Shown piece by piece: positions 50,804 through 60,281 of a stretch of 64,000 nt of DNA. The DNA lies in NCBI GenBank assembly GCA_964291625.2, contig OZ220089.1, forward strand, positions 1,056,001 to 1,120,000, written 5' to 3'. A program made the translations under genes and the position numbers. The notes beneath the pieces were generated by a model, which saw only the letters and a program-made list of their open reading frames with translations, was not told the origin of the DNA and did no database searches. The number at the start of each line of letters is the position of its first letter. Position 1 is the first letter of the stretch. This DNA is from Candidatus Latescibacterota bacterium (GTDB lineage: Bacteria > Latescibacterota > UBA2968 > UBA8231).

Positions 50804-51088
50804 GGTCGTCCTTTCTCGACAGGGGAGTCCGAAGGGACTGGCGCCAAGCTCCCATGCAATGCGCGGACCCAACCGCGGAGGAAACCGTGGGGAACTGCCG
50901 CAACTACCATGTTTTACTGACCCTTGGAGACCGCTTCCCCCGAGAGGACGGCGGGACCCGAGGCGGCCCGGATGGGAACAATCCAGCCCCTCGAGGGGAA
51001 GGATCTTCCCCCTCCAGGGGCCGGCTGTCCGGATCGCTGGCACCCCGCTATCTTCTGTCACCCGAGCCTGGACCTGGAGCGATGAAGG

Positions 51089-51379
51089 ATGATCGACAAG
51101 GAACTGCTGGAGATCCTCGCCTGTCCCGAGACGAAGGAGCCGATCCACGTGGCCGATCAGGCCCTGGTGGATGAGGTCAACCGCCGGATCGAGCGCGGCG
51201 AGCTGACCAATCGGGGAGGATCGAAGGTGGAACGGAAGATCGACGGAGGCCTGGTGCGGGAGGACCGGAGGTATCTCTATCCGATCGAGGACGAGATCCC
51301 CATCATGCTGATCGACGAGGCGATCTCCCTCGAGGGGTTCGACCCGGGCGGCGAGGACGCTTCTTCCGGGCAGCCGTGA
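51089..51379 (+). CDS. Trm112-like protein
   Basis: MIDKELLEILACPETK...YPIEDEIPIMLIDEA. Confidence 0.85.
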   Translation: MIDKELLEILACPETKEPIHVADQALVDEVNRRIERGELTNRGGSKVERKIDGGLVREDRRYLYPIEDEIPIMLIDEAISLEGFDPGGEDASSGQP

Positions 51380-51418
51380 CGCCGCCCGTCGGGCGCTCCG
51401 CCCTTTCTGCCGATGGAC

Positions 51419-51454
51419 GAAAGGCGCCTGCAGGTGATCTGCAGACGCCTTTTC
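51419..51454. terminator. Bidirectional intrinsic terminator
   Basis: GAAAGGCGcCTGCAG-GTGAT-CTGCAGaCGCCTTTTC hairpin between the convergent Trm112-like gene and tRNA-Leu. Confidence 0.75.
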
Positions 51455-51461
51455 TCATGAG

Positions 51462-51546
51462 TGGTGCGGAAGCGGGGACTCGAACCCCGACGCCCGAAGG
51501 CACTGCCCCCTCAAGACAGCGTGTCTACCAATTTCACCACTTCCGC
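51462..51546 (-). tRNA. tRNA-Leu(GAG)
   Basis: GCGGAAGTGGTGAAATTGGTAGACACGCTGTCTTGAGGGGGCAGTGCCTTCGGGCGTCGGGGTTCGAGTCCCCGCTTCCGCACCA: cloverleaf, long variable arm, encoded CCA; classic position after secG. Confidence 0.97.
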
Positions 51547-51550
51547 AAGC

Positions 51551-51916
51551 CTATTGTGGGAGGGCCGCATCCGACTCTTTCGGCTGATCCCCCTCCTGCG
51601 GCTGATAGGGGGTGGGAGCGACCGGCGCCGCCCCTTCCTCCGCCTGCAGCAGACGCTCGCTGGCCGTCGTCGGCAGTCCCTCGTCCTCGTCGTAGGCCAC
51701 GGCCAGGGCGAGACACAGAATCAGGAAGCTTGCGGCCAGGTAGGTCGTCGTCTTGGTGAGGAAGGTGCTCGCCGCCCGGCCCCCCAGGACGGAGGAGGAG
51801 CTCAGGCCGCCGCCCACGGATGCGGCCAGTCCGCCGCCCTTGCCGGACTGGAGCAGCACGGCGACGACCAGCATGATGCAGACGAGGATGTGGAGGATGG
51901 TCAGCAGGATGGTCAT
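51551..51916 (-). CDS. secG: Preprotein translocase subunit SecG
   Basis: VLLQSGKGGGLA, FLTKTT; located between tpiA and tRNA-Leu. Confidence 0.95.
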   Translation of the reverse strand: MTILLTILHILVCIMLVVAVLLQSGKGGGLAASVGGGLSSSSVLGGRAASTFLTKTTTYLAASFLILCLALAVAYDEDEGLPTTASERLLQAEEGAAPVAPTPYQPQEGDQPKESDAALPQ

Positions 51917-52701
51917 GGCTGCTCTGCTTCTCGGGTAGCGGCGCGAACGATGGCGGCGAAATCCTCGGCCCGGAGGGAGGCGCCGCCGATCAGGCCCCCG
52001 TCGATGTCGGCCTGGCCGAACAACTCGCCGGCGTTCTCGGGCTTGACACTGCCTCCGTAGAGGATTCGGACGGCGTCGGCGGTCTCGCCGAATCTCTCGC
52101 GCAGGCGGTCACGGATCAGAGCGTGAACGCTCTCGGCCTCCCCGGGGGTGGCGGTGCGGCCCGTGCCGATCGCCCAGACCGGCTCGTAGGCCACGGCGAC
52201 GGCGAGCACTTGCTCGGCGGTGAGCCCGTCCAGGCCCCGGTCCAACTGGCCCAGTACGGTGCTCTCGACCTGACCGGCGTCGCGCTGATCGAGGGTTTCG
52301 CCGATGCAGAGGATCGGATTGAGACCCGTTGCGAGGGCCGCCCGCGTGCGCTGGTTCACGCCCTCGTCGGTCTCGCCGAACAGCTGCCGCCGCTCGGAAT
52401 GGCCTAGTATAACCCATTGGCACGCAAGGGTCAACAGCATCCGGGGGGAGACCTCGCCGGTGTAGGCGCCGCTCTCCTCCCAGTGCGAGTTCTGGGCTCC
52501 CAGGCCGACCGCTCCGTCCTCCAGCACGGCGGCGACGGCCGCCAGGCCGGGGTAGGGCGGGCACAGGACGACGTCGACGAACCCGGTCTCCTCGCGGATC
52601 TGCGGGAGGAGCTCGCGGGCCAGGGCGGCGCCCTCCCGCGGCAGCAGGTTCATCTTCCAGTTGGCGGCGACGAGAGGCCGTCTCTGAATCGACCGCGTCA
52701 T
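51913..52701 (-). CDS. tpiA: Triosephosphate isomerase
   Basis: ATG 52701; ANWKMN, GAYTGEVS, GHSERR, AYEPVWAIGTG, LYGGSV. Confidence 0.98.
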   Translation of the reverse strand: MTRSIQRRPLVAANWKMNLLPREGAALARELLPQIREETGFVDVVLCPPYPGLAAVAAVLEDGAVGLGAQNSHWEESGAYTGEVSPRMLLTLACQWVILGHSERRQLFGETDEGVNQRTRAALATGLNPILCIGETLDQRDAGQVESTVLGQLDRGLDGLTAEQVLAVAVAYEPVWAIGTGRTATPGEAESVHALIRDRLRERFGETADAVRILYGGSVKPENAGELFGQADIDGGLIGGASLRAEDFAAIVRAATREAEQP

Positions 52702-53894
52702 CCCCCCTCGTCGAGGGCCTCGACCCCCGGCAGGACCCGGCCGCCCAGGGCTTCGAGGGAGGCCCCGCCGCCCGTGGAGATGTGGGACATGCGCTTGGCG
52801 GCGCCGGCCTTGTCCACCGCCGCGGCGGTGTCGCCGCCGCCGATGATGCTCACCGCCCCCGACTCCCAGGTGGCCTGCTCCAGGGCCTGGGCCACGGCGG
52901 TGGTGCCGGCGGCGAAGTCGTCGATCTCGAAGACGCCGAGGGGGCCGTTCCAGAGGATGGTCCCGGCCTGGCTGAGGTGGTCGATGAAGCGCTCCCGGGT
53001 CCGGGGCCCGATGTCGACGCCGGCGCGGTCGCCGGGGATGGCGTCGACGGCCACGGCCTCGTGCTCGGCCCCCGGTGCCACTCTGCGGGCGACGACGACG
53101 TCCTCGGGCAGGTGCAGCCTGTCGCCGGCCTTGGCCAGCAGGTCGGCGGCCACCGACACCGACTCCTCGTCGCACAGGGAGTCGCCGATCTCCTGCCCCC
53201 GCGCCTTCAGAAAGGTGTAGGACATGCCGCCGCCGATGAGCAGGGCATCGACCTTGCCCAGGAGGTTCTCGATCACCTCGATCTTGTCCGCCACCTTGGC
53301 GCCGCCGAGGATGGCGACGAAGGGGCGCGCCGGTTCGGAGAGGGCCTCCTGCAGGTACTGGAGCTCCTTCTTCATCAGGTAGCCGGCGACACTGTGATCC
53401 ACGTGCCGGGTGATGCCCTCCGTCGAGGCGTGGGCCCGGTGGGCGGCTCCGAAGGCATCGTTGACGTAGATGCCGCTGCCGAGGCCGGCCAGCTGCCGCG
53501 CGAAACCGCCGTCGTTGGCCTCTTCGCCGGGGTGGAAGCGGAGGTTCTCGAGGAGCAGCACGCTGCCCGGTCTGAGCTCCGAGGCCAGGGCCTCCGTCTC
53601 TTCGCCGATGCAGTCGGGCGCCAGGTGGGCGCTGGTGCCGAGATGCCGGTGCAGGTCCTGGACGATCGGCTCCAGGGAGAGCCCGGGCCGCACCTGGCCG
53701 CGGGGCCGGCCGAGGTGGGACATAAGCACCAGGGAGGCCCCCTTCTCGAGCAGTTGCCACAAGGAGGGCAGGGCGGCGCGGACCCGCCGATCGTCGATGA
53801 TCCGCCCGTCGCCGTCGAGAGGGACGTTGAAGTCCTCGCGCACCAGCACGCGCTTCCCCGCCACATCGATGTCGTCTATCGTCCGCTTGGCCAT
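52698..53894 (-). CDS. pgk: Phosphoglycerate kinase
   Basis: [46 protein letters not shown]. Confidence 0.98.
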   Translation of the reverse strand: MAKRTIDDIDVAGKRVLVREDFNVPLDGDGRIIDDRRVRAALPSLWQLLEKGASLVLMSHLGRPRGQVRPGLSLEPIVQDLHRHLGTSAHLAPDCIGEETEALASELRPGSVLLLENLRFHPGEEANDGGFARQLAGLGSGIYVNDAFGAAHRAHASTEGITRHVDHSVAGYLMKKELQYLQEALSEPARPFVAILGGAKVADKIEVIENLLGKVDALLIGGGMSYTFLKARGQEIGDSLCDEESVSVAADLLAKAGDRLHLPEDVVVARRVAPGAEHEAVAVDAIPGDRAGVDIGPRTRERFIDHLSQAGTILWNGPLGVFEIDDFAAGTTAVAQALEQATWESGAVSIIGGGDTAAAVDKAGAAKRMSHISTGGGASLEALGGRVLPGVEALDEGG

Positions 53895-53913
53895 GTCATA
53901 TGGCTCCTTCCGG

Positions 53914-54951
53914 TCACCCGAAGAATACGCGCGAGATGTCGTACAGCTCCTCCCCCACCCTCTTCAACTCACCGACCCCCCTCTCCAGGGGCAGGGCGAC
54001 GATCTCGTCGCCCTGAAGGGCGACCATCTTGCCCCAGTCGCCGCCTTGGACCAGGTCGATGGCGGCGATGCCGTAGCGCGTGCCGAGGACCCGGTCGAAA
54101 GCCGTGGGAGTCCCGCCGCGCTGCAGGTGCCCGAGGACGATGACGCGGGTCTCGAAGCCGGTCTCCTTCTCGATCACGTCCCCCACGAGCTGCCCCACGC
54201 CGCCCAGCTTGACATGGCCGAACTCGTCGGTGCCCCCCTCCTGCACGGTGTATTCGTCGCCGCCGAACTTCACCCCCTCGGCGACGACGACGATGCTGAA
54301 GTCCTTGCCGCGGCCGTGGCGCATCTTGATGGTGTCGACTATCTCCTGGATCGACGTGCTCTGCTCCGGGATCAGGATCAGGTCGGCGCCCCCGGCGATG
54401 CCGGCGTAGGTGGCGATCCACCCCGAGTGCCGGCCCATCACCTCGACGACCATCACCCGGTTGTGGGACTCGGCCGTCGTGTGGATGCGATCCAGGGCTT
54501 CGGTGACGATGTTGATGGCCGTGTCGAAGCCGAAGGTGTAGTCCGTGTTGGAAATGTCGTTGTCGATCGTCTTGGGCACCCCCACCACGGGGGCGCCGGC
54601 GGCGGCCAGCTTGAGGGCCACGCTGAGGGTGTCGTCGCCGCCGATGGCGATCAGGGCGTCGAGCTTCATGCGTTTCATGTTCTCGAGGACGATGTCGCCG
54701 CCGTCGGGGACCTTGTAGGGGTTGGTGCGCGAGGTCCCCAGGATCGTGCCGCCCTTGGGCAGGATGCCGGAGACCTCCTCGTGGCCCAGGGGCTCCCACA
54801 GGCACTCCAGCATGCCCTTCCAGCCCTTCTCGACCCCGCGGAACCGGTATCCGTAGTGGGAGATCCCCTTGCGGACGGCCGCCCGGATGACCGCGTTCAG
54901 TCCGGGGCAGTCGCCGCCGCCGGTGAGGATGCCGACTGTCTTGATGGTCAT
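53914..54951 (-). CDS. pfkA: 6-phosphofructokinase, probably PPi-dependent (group III)
   Basis: GGDCPGLNA, GGDDT, PKTIDND, EVMGR, LGHLQRGG. Confidence 0.93.
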   Translation of the reverse strand: MTIKTVGILTGGGDCPGLNAVIRAAVRKGISHYGYRFRGVEKGWKGMLECLWEPLGHEEVSGILPKGGTILGTSRTNPYKVPDGGDIVLENMKRMKLDALIAIGGDDTLSVALKLAAAGAPVVGVPKTIDNDISNTDYTFGFDTAINIVTEALDRIHTTAESHNRVMVVEVMGRHSGWIATYAGIAGGADLILIPEQSTSIQEIVDTIKMRHGRGKDFSIVVVAEGVKFGGDEYTVQEGGTDEFGHVKLGGVGQLVGDVIEKETGFETRVIVLGHLQRGGTPTAFDRVLGTRYGIAAIDLVQGGDWGKMVALQGDEIVALPLERGVGELKRVGEELYDISRVFFG

Positions 54952-55076
54952 CTTCCTGCCTGCGGAGGGTGGTCGACCGGCAGATCGCGGCCTGTGGGCC
55001 GGGAAGCGCGCCCCGGCATTCGGGCCGCGGACACCGCCGGGGCAAACGTCTAAAGCTAGGTTCCCCGGAGGTCAGG

Positions 55077-55841
55077 TCAACGCCGTGGCCGGCGAAAGGG
55101 GCCGGCCACGGCGATCGCCCGGACCTCGGCGCCCGGGGCGGCTTCCGCCAGTACGGCGGCGCAGGCGGACAAGGTCGAGCCCGTGGTGAGCACGTCGTCC
55201 ACCAGGCCGATGGCCCGCGGGGAGCCCGCCGCCGAAGCCGCGGGCGCGAAGGCGCCGGCCAGGTTGCCTGCCCGGTCCGCGGCCAGCAGGCGCGCCTGCT
55301 GTCGGGTCGGCCGGACCCGGCGCACCAGGTCCCCGCGGACCGGCACGCCGAGGGCCTCAGCCGCCCCCCGGGCGATCAGGTCGGCCTGGTTGAAGCCGCG
55401 CTCCCGTTGCCGCGCCGGGTGCAGGGGCACGGGTACCACCAGGTCCAGGTCGGACAAGGCGCCGGCGGTCTCCGGGGCGGTCGCCAGCAGACGGCCGAGG
55501 AGGGATCCGATCCTCCGGATCCCGCTGAACTTGAGAGCGTGGACGGCGGACTGGGCGGGACCCTCCAGATCGGTGAGCACCACCGCCCGCGAGTAGTCCA
55601 CCTCGCGCCAGCCGGCACAGTTCGGGCACTCCGGCCCGGAGGAGCCGCTCCCTTGTTGCCGCGGCGCCCCGCAGCGCGGGCACCGCGGACCGAGGGGATC
55701 CCGGAGGTCGGCGATGCAGCGGCGGCAGAGGGCCTCGCGGTCCCCCGGGGCCTGCCACGACTCGCAGGCCGGACAGTGGGGGGGATAGACGAAGTCGAGG
55801 AGGGCGGCCAGGAGGCCGCAGGTCCGGGTGCCGGGGGACAC
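55077..55841 (-). CDS. comF: ComF-family protein (zinc ribbon + PRTase)
   Basis: Four CxxC pairs, VPVPLH..R..ERGFNQ, LVDDVLTTGST; start approximate. Confidence 0.9.
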   Translation of the reverse strand: MSPGTRTCGLLAALLDFVYPPHCPACESWQAPGDREALCRRCIADLRDPLGPRCPRCGAPRQQGSGSSGPECPNCAGWREVDYSRAVVLTDLEGPAQSAVHALKFSGIRRIGSLLGRLLATAPETAGALSDLDLVVPVPLHPARQRERGFNQADLIARGAAEALGVPVRGDLVRRVRPTRQQARLLAADRAGNLAGAFAPAASAAGSPRAIGLVDDVLTTGSTLSACAAVLAEAAPGAEVRAIAVAGPFRRPRR

Positions 55842-55993
55842 GTTCGCGTCTCCTGGAGGTGACGTGAGTCGGCGGTTCCTGCCCGAGGTCAGACGGGCCT
55901 GCAAGGGCCGTGCCCGTCCCGGGGCGGGCTCGGGGGCCGTCAGCGCCCCCCGGGTCGCCCCTGTCTGGCGGGTTCGCTATACTCCGCCGCCCG

Positions 55994-57049
55994 ATGGCCC
56001 CGGAACCGCCTCCGCTGGAGAACCCAATCCACCGCTTCAGGCAACTCCCCACCGATTGCGGCAGCCTGACCCTGATCGCCGCCCCCGAGGACCGGCCGGG
56101 GGCCGACTTCGCCGGCGACGTGCGCGCCGGCCTCGGCGCCCGCCCCAAGCGGCTCCCCTGCCTCTACTTCTACGACGAGCGGGGGTCGCGGCTCTTCGAG
56201 CGCATCTGCGAGCTGCCGGAGTACTACCTGACGCGGGCGGAGCGCTCCATCCTCGAGGCCCGTGCCGACGAGCTGGCCGCCCTCCTCGCGGGACCGGTGG
56301 ACCTGGTCGACCTCGGCTCCGGCAACTCCGGCAAGACCCGCCTCGTCATCGAGGCCCTGCTGCGGTGCCAGGGGCGGCTGCGCTTCATCCCCGTCGACAT
56401 CTCCAGCTCCATGCTGCGGGAGAGCTCCCTGGCCCTGGTGGAGACCTACCCCGGCCTGGAGATCCTGGCCGTGGCCGGCGAGTACCAGGACGGCCTCGAC
56501 TACCTCGCTGCCGAGGGAGGTCCGCCGCGGCTTGTCCTGTGGCTGGGCTCCAACGTGGGCAACTTCACCCCGCCGGAGGCGGTGGGATTCCTGCGGCGGC
56601 TGGGCGGCGCCATGAGGCCCGGGGACGCGCTGCTCATCGGCATCGACCTGCGCAAGGAGCCGGCGGTCCTGGTGGCCGCCTACGACGACGCGGCCGGGGT
56701 GACGGCGCAGTTCAACCTGAACCTGCTGGCGCGCATCAACCGCGAGCTGGGAGGCCGCTTCGACCTCGACGCCTTCGCTCACGAGGCGTGCTGGAACGAG
56801 GCCGAGGGCCGCATGGAGATGCACCTGCGATCGCTGCGCGGCCAGAGCGTGGAGATCGCCGACATCGGCCTGCGGGTCTCCTTCTCCGAGGGCGAGACGA
56901 TCCACACCGAGAGCTCCTGCAAGTACTCCCTCGAAGGGATCCAGGAACTCGCGGCGGCCTCCGGCTTCGCCATCTCGAGGCAGTGGCTCGACGGCGGGAG
57001 CCGCTTCAGTCTCAGTCTGATGGTCCGCGGCGGCGCCTCGGGCCCCTGA
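55994..57049 (+). CDS. egtD: L-histidine N-alpha-methyltransferase (hercynine synthase)
   Basis: PKRLPCLYFYDERGSRLFERICELPEYYLTRAE, DLGSG..KT, LGSNVGNF, AYDDAAGVTAQFNLN, IHTESSCKY. Confidence 0.95.
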   Translation: MAPEPPPLENPIHRFRQLPTDCGSLTLIAAPEDRPGADFAGDVRAGLGARPKRLPCLYFYDERGSRLFERICELPEYYLTRAERSILEARADELAALLAGPVDLVDLGSGNSGKTRLVIEALLRCQGRLRFIPVDISSSMLRESSLALVETYPGLEILAVAGEYQDGLDYLAAEGGPPRLVLWLGSNVGNFTPPEAVGFLRRLGGAMRPGDALLIGIDLRKEPAVLVAAYDDAAGVTAQFNLNLLARINRELGGRFDLDAFAHEACWNEAEGRMEMHLRSLRGQSVEIADIGLRVSFSEGETIHTESSCKYSLEGIQELAAASGFAISRQWLDGGSRFSLSLMVRGGASGP

Positions 57050-57072
57050 GCGCGCTTCGGAGCAGGGCGTCT

Positions 57073-58569
57073 TCAGTCGGCCACGGCCAGGGAGGCCCCC
57101 GAGGCCAGCCGCAGCCGCCGCCGCACCACCTGCGAGATCGAGTCGATCCCCATGTTGAGCAGGGCCGTGAAGCCGATGAGGACCACCGCCTGGTCGAGCT
57201 TGTCCTCGGCGATGGCGCTGTCGATGAAGAACCCGAGGGTTGTGACCCCCAGGATCCCGAGGATCGCCGACTCCCGCATCATCACCTCCCAACGGTAGAA
57301 CAGGAAGGCCAGGAACTGCCCGTAGACCCGGGGCAGGACCTCCCAGGCGTAGCGGTCGAGGGCGCGGCGGGGAGCGTCGAGCCTCAGGCGCATGACGTTG
57401 GCCGAGCCGGCGCCGAGGTAGGAGAGGATCGCCCCGTTGTGCAGCAGGATCGCCACCAGGGCCGGCAGCATCGACGGCCCCCACAGCTGCAGGAAGACGT
57501 AGGCGAGGATGTACTCCGGCGTCGTCCGCCCGACGATCAGGCCGAAGTGAACGAGCCGGCGCACCGCCGCCGGGCTCACGTGGCGGCAGGCCACGCCGAG
57601 GAAGACGACGGCGAAGAGGCCGGTCGCCGCCAGCGCCACCTGGGTGAGGAGGACCGTGTTCCACAGGCCGGGCAGGACCTGGTCGCCCACCAGTCTCGAG
57701 AACCACGCCCACACCTGATCGACGGGGAAGGCGACGTCGAGAGTGCCGTCGAGGAAGCCCTCCCGGCGCATCGGCCAAGGCAGGATCTCCCAGGTGAGGA
57801 AGCGCTTGACATTGACCCAGGAGAGGTGGACCTCGGGCGACACGGCCCAGGCCGACAGGGCCGCGTAGAGCACCACCAGCCGGGGGCGGACCCAGTACCT
57901 CAGCGACGCGATGAGCAGGTAGAAGGCGTAGAGCAGGGCCGCCGCCTCGCCGTAGAGGCCCTCGCGGAAGGCGGTCTCCAGGTGGAACCCCAGGGTCGGC
58001 AGGCCGATGAAGCCGAGGACGGCGCTGGAGCGCAGGGCGCACTCCAGCCGGTAGGAGGTGTAGGCCTTCAGGTTGGGCCAGATGATCGGCAGCACCCCGT
58101 AGCAGAACCGGCTGACCCCCGTCGAGCCCGGCGGCAGGGCCTCCATGGGCCGCCGGTCGGCCTCCTGCAGGATCTCGGCGTAGACCTTGGCGAAGACGCC
58201 GGCGTAGGGGACGGCGATGGCCAGCACGCCGCAGACCGGGTTGAGCCCCACCATGGGCAGAAACAGGAAGGCCCAGAAGATCTCGTGGACGGCGCGCACG
58301 GCGGCGCAGCCGAGGCGCACGACGCGGCGCTCGAAGCAGAAGGCGAGCCCCGAGCCGAGGACCACCGCCAGGGAGAGGCCGCAGAAGGCGAAGGTGACGG
58401 TGTTGAGCAGGGGCTGCCCCAGGCCCGGCAGCGCCCCCAGGTCGGGGCGGGCGAAGCCCGAGAGCAGGCGCCCCATCTCGCCCCACGGGTCGAGGGTGAC
58501 GATCTCGATGTCGGCCAGGGCCAGGCAGGCGAGGCCCACCGCCAGGAACCACAGGCTCGCCTTCAGCAC
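57073..58569 (-). CDS. PhnE-like ABC transporter permease (two fused TM domains)
   Basis: Two repeats: RAVHEIFWA...YRLECALRSSAVLG and RTTPEYIL...YRWEVMMRESAILG. Confidence 0.9.
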   Translation of the reverse strand: MLKASLWFLAVGLACLALADIEIVTLDPWGEMGRLLSGFARPDLGALPGLGQPLLNTVTFAFCGLSLAVVLGSGLAFCFERRVVRLGCAAVRAVHEIFWAFLFLPMVGLNPVCGVLAIAVPYAGVFAKVYAEILQEADRRPMEALPPGSTGVSRFCYGVLPIIWPNLKAYTSYRLECALRSSAVLGFIGLPTLGFHLETAFREGLYGEAAALLYAFYLLIASLRYWVRPRLVVLYAALSAWAVSPEVHLSWVNVKRFLTWEILPWPMRREGFLDGTLDVAFPVDQVWAWFSRLVGDQVLPGLWNTVLLTQVALAATGLFAVVFLGVACRHVSPAAVRRLVHFGLIVGRTTPEYILAYVFLQLWGPSMLPALVAILLHNGAILSYLGAGSANVMRLRLDAPRRALDRYAWEVLPRVYGQFLAFLFYRWEVMMRESAILGILGVTTLGFFIDSAIAEDKLDQAVVLIGFTALLNMGIDSISQVVRRRLRLASGASLAVAD

Positions 58570-58579
58570 GGCGAAGGTC

Positions 58580-59311
58580 TCAGGTCGACGGCTCGGGGTT
58601 CGCCTCGCCGCGGTAGAGGGCTTCCAGCCGCCCGTCCCCGACCTCGGCGGAGCCCAGGTCGAAGGCGACCCGTCCCTCGCGCAGTCCGACGGCCCGGTCG
58701 AAGTGCCGCAGCGCCAGGTCGACGTCGTGCATGGCCACCACCGCGGTCTCGCAGCCGGCCTTGAGCAGCTCGAGGACGTCGCCCGCCTGGTGCGGATCGA
58801 CCGCCGAGACCGGCTCGTCGGCCAGGACCACGCTGCCGCCCTGGTAGAGGGCTCGCCCCACGGCGACCCGCTGCTGCTGGCCGCCGGAGAGCTGGCTCAC
58901 CGCCTCGAAGAGCTTCTCCTCCATCCCGAGGTCGCGGAAGAGGGGGCGCAACTCCTCCACCACCCGCCGCCGGGGTCTCACCAGGTCGACGAGATTGGCC
59001 AGGGTCGAGTTCCGGTCCAGGCGGCCGGCGTAGACGTTGTGGAACGCCGACAACTGCGGCACCAGGGCGTAGTCCTGGTGCACGCAGGCGCAGTCGTCCG
59101 GACGGCGGGCCTGGAGCAGCCGCAGCAGGGTCGTCTTGCCGGCGCCGCTGGGACCGATGACGACCAGCTTCTCGCCCCGCTCCACCCGCAGGTCGACGCC
59201 GCGCAGGGCCTCGGTGGCGCCGGCGCGGACGTGCTCGTCCCGCAGGTCGAACAGCGGTCCACCCGCCTCCGGAGGCCCCTCGGCCGCCGGGGCGGGCATG
59301 GAAGCCATCAC
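58580..59311 (-). CDS. PhnC-like ABC transporter ATPase
   Basis: GPSGAGKTT, LSGGQQQRV, LADEP, H-loop MHD. Confidence 0.93.
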   Translation of the reverse strand: MMASMPAPAAEGPPEAGGPLFDLRDEHVRAGATEALRGVDLRVERGEKLVVIGPSGAGKTTLLRLLQARRPDDCACVHQDYALVPQLSAFHNVYAGRLDRNSTLANLVDLVRPRRRVVEELRPLFRDLGMEEKLFEAVSQLSGGQQQRVAVGRALYQGGSVVLADEPVSAVDPHQAGDVLELLKAGCETAVVAMHDVDLALRHFDRAVGLREGRVAFDLGSAEVGDGRLEALYRGEANPEPST

Positions 59312-60201
59312 TCCTCGAGGATGCCGATGGTCCTGCCGGTCTCGAGGATCGGCGCGTACATGGTATTGTCGGCGGGGATGAACGAGGCGCGCGGGAAGGA
59401 GTCGAGCAGGGCCCGGTCCTCCATGCCGAGAAGGGCCTGGCGGACGCGGTCGGTGAAGCCCTCCCCGTAGCGGCTGTCGACGTCGCCGCGGATCGACCAG
59501 TTGTAGTCGGGGTAGGTCGGCGTGCGCCAGATGAGGCGCACCTTGGAGGTGTCCACGATCCCCGCGGCCATCTCCCTCTCCCAGACCTTGTAGTTGAGCG
59601 CTCCCGCCTGGTAGGCGCCGGACTGCACCAGGGCCAGGGTCTTGGAGTGGTCGCCGCTGAAGCCGACGCGCTCGAAGACCTCGCCCGGGGGCTTGCCGAA
59701 GTGCCGGCGGATGAAGTACTCCGGCATCAGCCGCCCGGAGGTCGATCCCTTCGAGCCGAAGGTGAAGGTCTTGCCGGCGATGCCGGCCGGGAAAGCTGCC
59801 TCGGCATCCTCGCCGCTGCAGGCGCAGGGCTTCTTCTCCCGCAGGCCGGTGCTCGCGTGGGCGATGAAGTAGGTGACGAACTCCACGTCCTCCTCACCCT
59901 GGGCGATCGCCTGCGAGCCGGGCACGCCGCGGCGCGCCTGCACGCCGGAGAGGCCTCCGAACCAGGCCAGCTGCACCTCTCCGTTCTTGAAGGCCGAGAC
60001 CGAGGCGGCGTAGGACTTGACCGGGACGTACTCCACCGGGATTCCGAGCGTCGAGCCCAGGTACACGGCGACCTTGTCGAACCGCTCCTTGAGTCTCGCC
60101 GTGTCCTGGTCGGGGATCGCCGTGAAGCGGAAGACCTCCGCGGCGCCCGCGGGAATCACGAGCGACGGGAGCAGAGCCAGAAGCAGAATCGAGCGTATCA
60201 T
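59308..60201 (-). CDS. PhnD-like substrate-binding protein of the putative selenate ABC transporter type
   Basis: ATG 60201 with signal peptide; FTAIPDQD, QLAWFGGLSGVQAR, FTFGSKGSTSGRLMP, GFSGDHSKT, YPDYNW. As recalled, these match the selenium-associated family TIGR04553. Confidence 0.85.
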   Translation of the reverse strand: MIRSILLLALLPSLVIPAGAAEVFRFTAIPDQDTARLKERFDKVAVYLGSTLGIPVEYVPVKSYAASVSAFKNGEVQLAWFGGLSGVQARRGVPGSQAIAQGEEDVEFVTYFIAHASTGLREKKPCACSGEDAEAAFPAGIAGKTFTFGSKGSTSGRLMPEYFIRRHFGKPPGEVFERVGFSGDHSKTLALVQSGAYQAGALNYKVWEREMAAGIVDTSKVRLIWRTPTYPDYNWSIRGDVDSRYGEGFTDRVRQALLGMEDRALLDSFPRASFIPADNTMYAPILETGRTIGILEE

Positions 60202-60281
60202 CGTTGGTACGGTCCTCTCTACTTTGGATGTGATGATGGACGTGATGGATGCCGCCGGGCGGGCGGCCGGAGCGGAAGGCC

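Noticed and set aside
50987-51020. Inverted repeat upstream of the Trm112-like gene as a riboswitch or ncRNA
   Set aside because: Only a single GC-rich hairpin; no recognisable aptamer consensus.
51462-51546. tRNA-Leu as an integration site, or ORF 51461..52060 as a gene
   Set aside because: No integrase or duplicated tRNA 3' end was seen; the ORF is antisense to the tRNA and secG.
57073-60201. Phosphonate utilisation (phnCDE) operon
   Set aside because: No C-P lyase or phosphite dehydrogenase genes nearby; SBP motifs and selD linkage favour the selenium-associated family.
60202-60281. His-rich peptide (IHHVHHHI) between selD and the SBP gene
   Set aside because: Appears only in the frameshifted selD read-through frame, with no start codon or RBS of its own.
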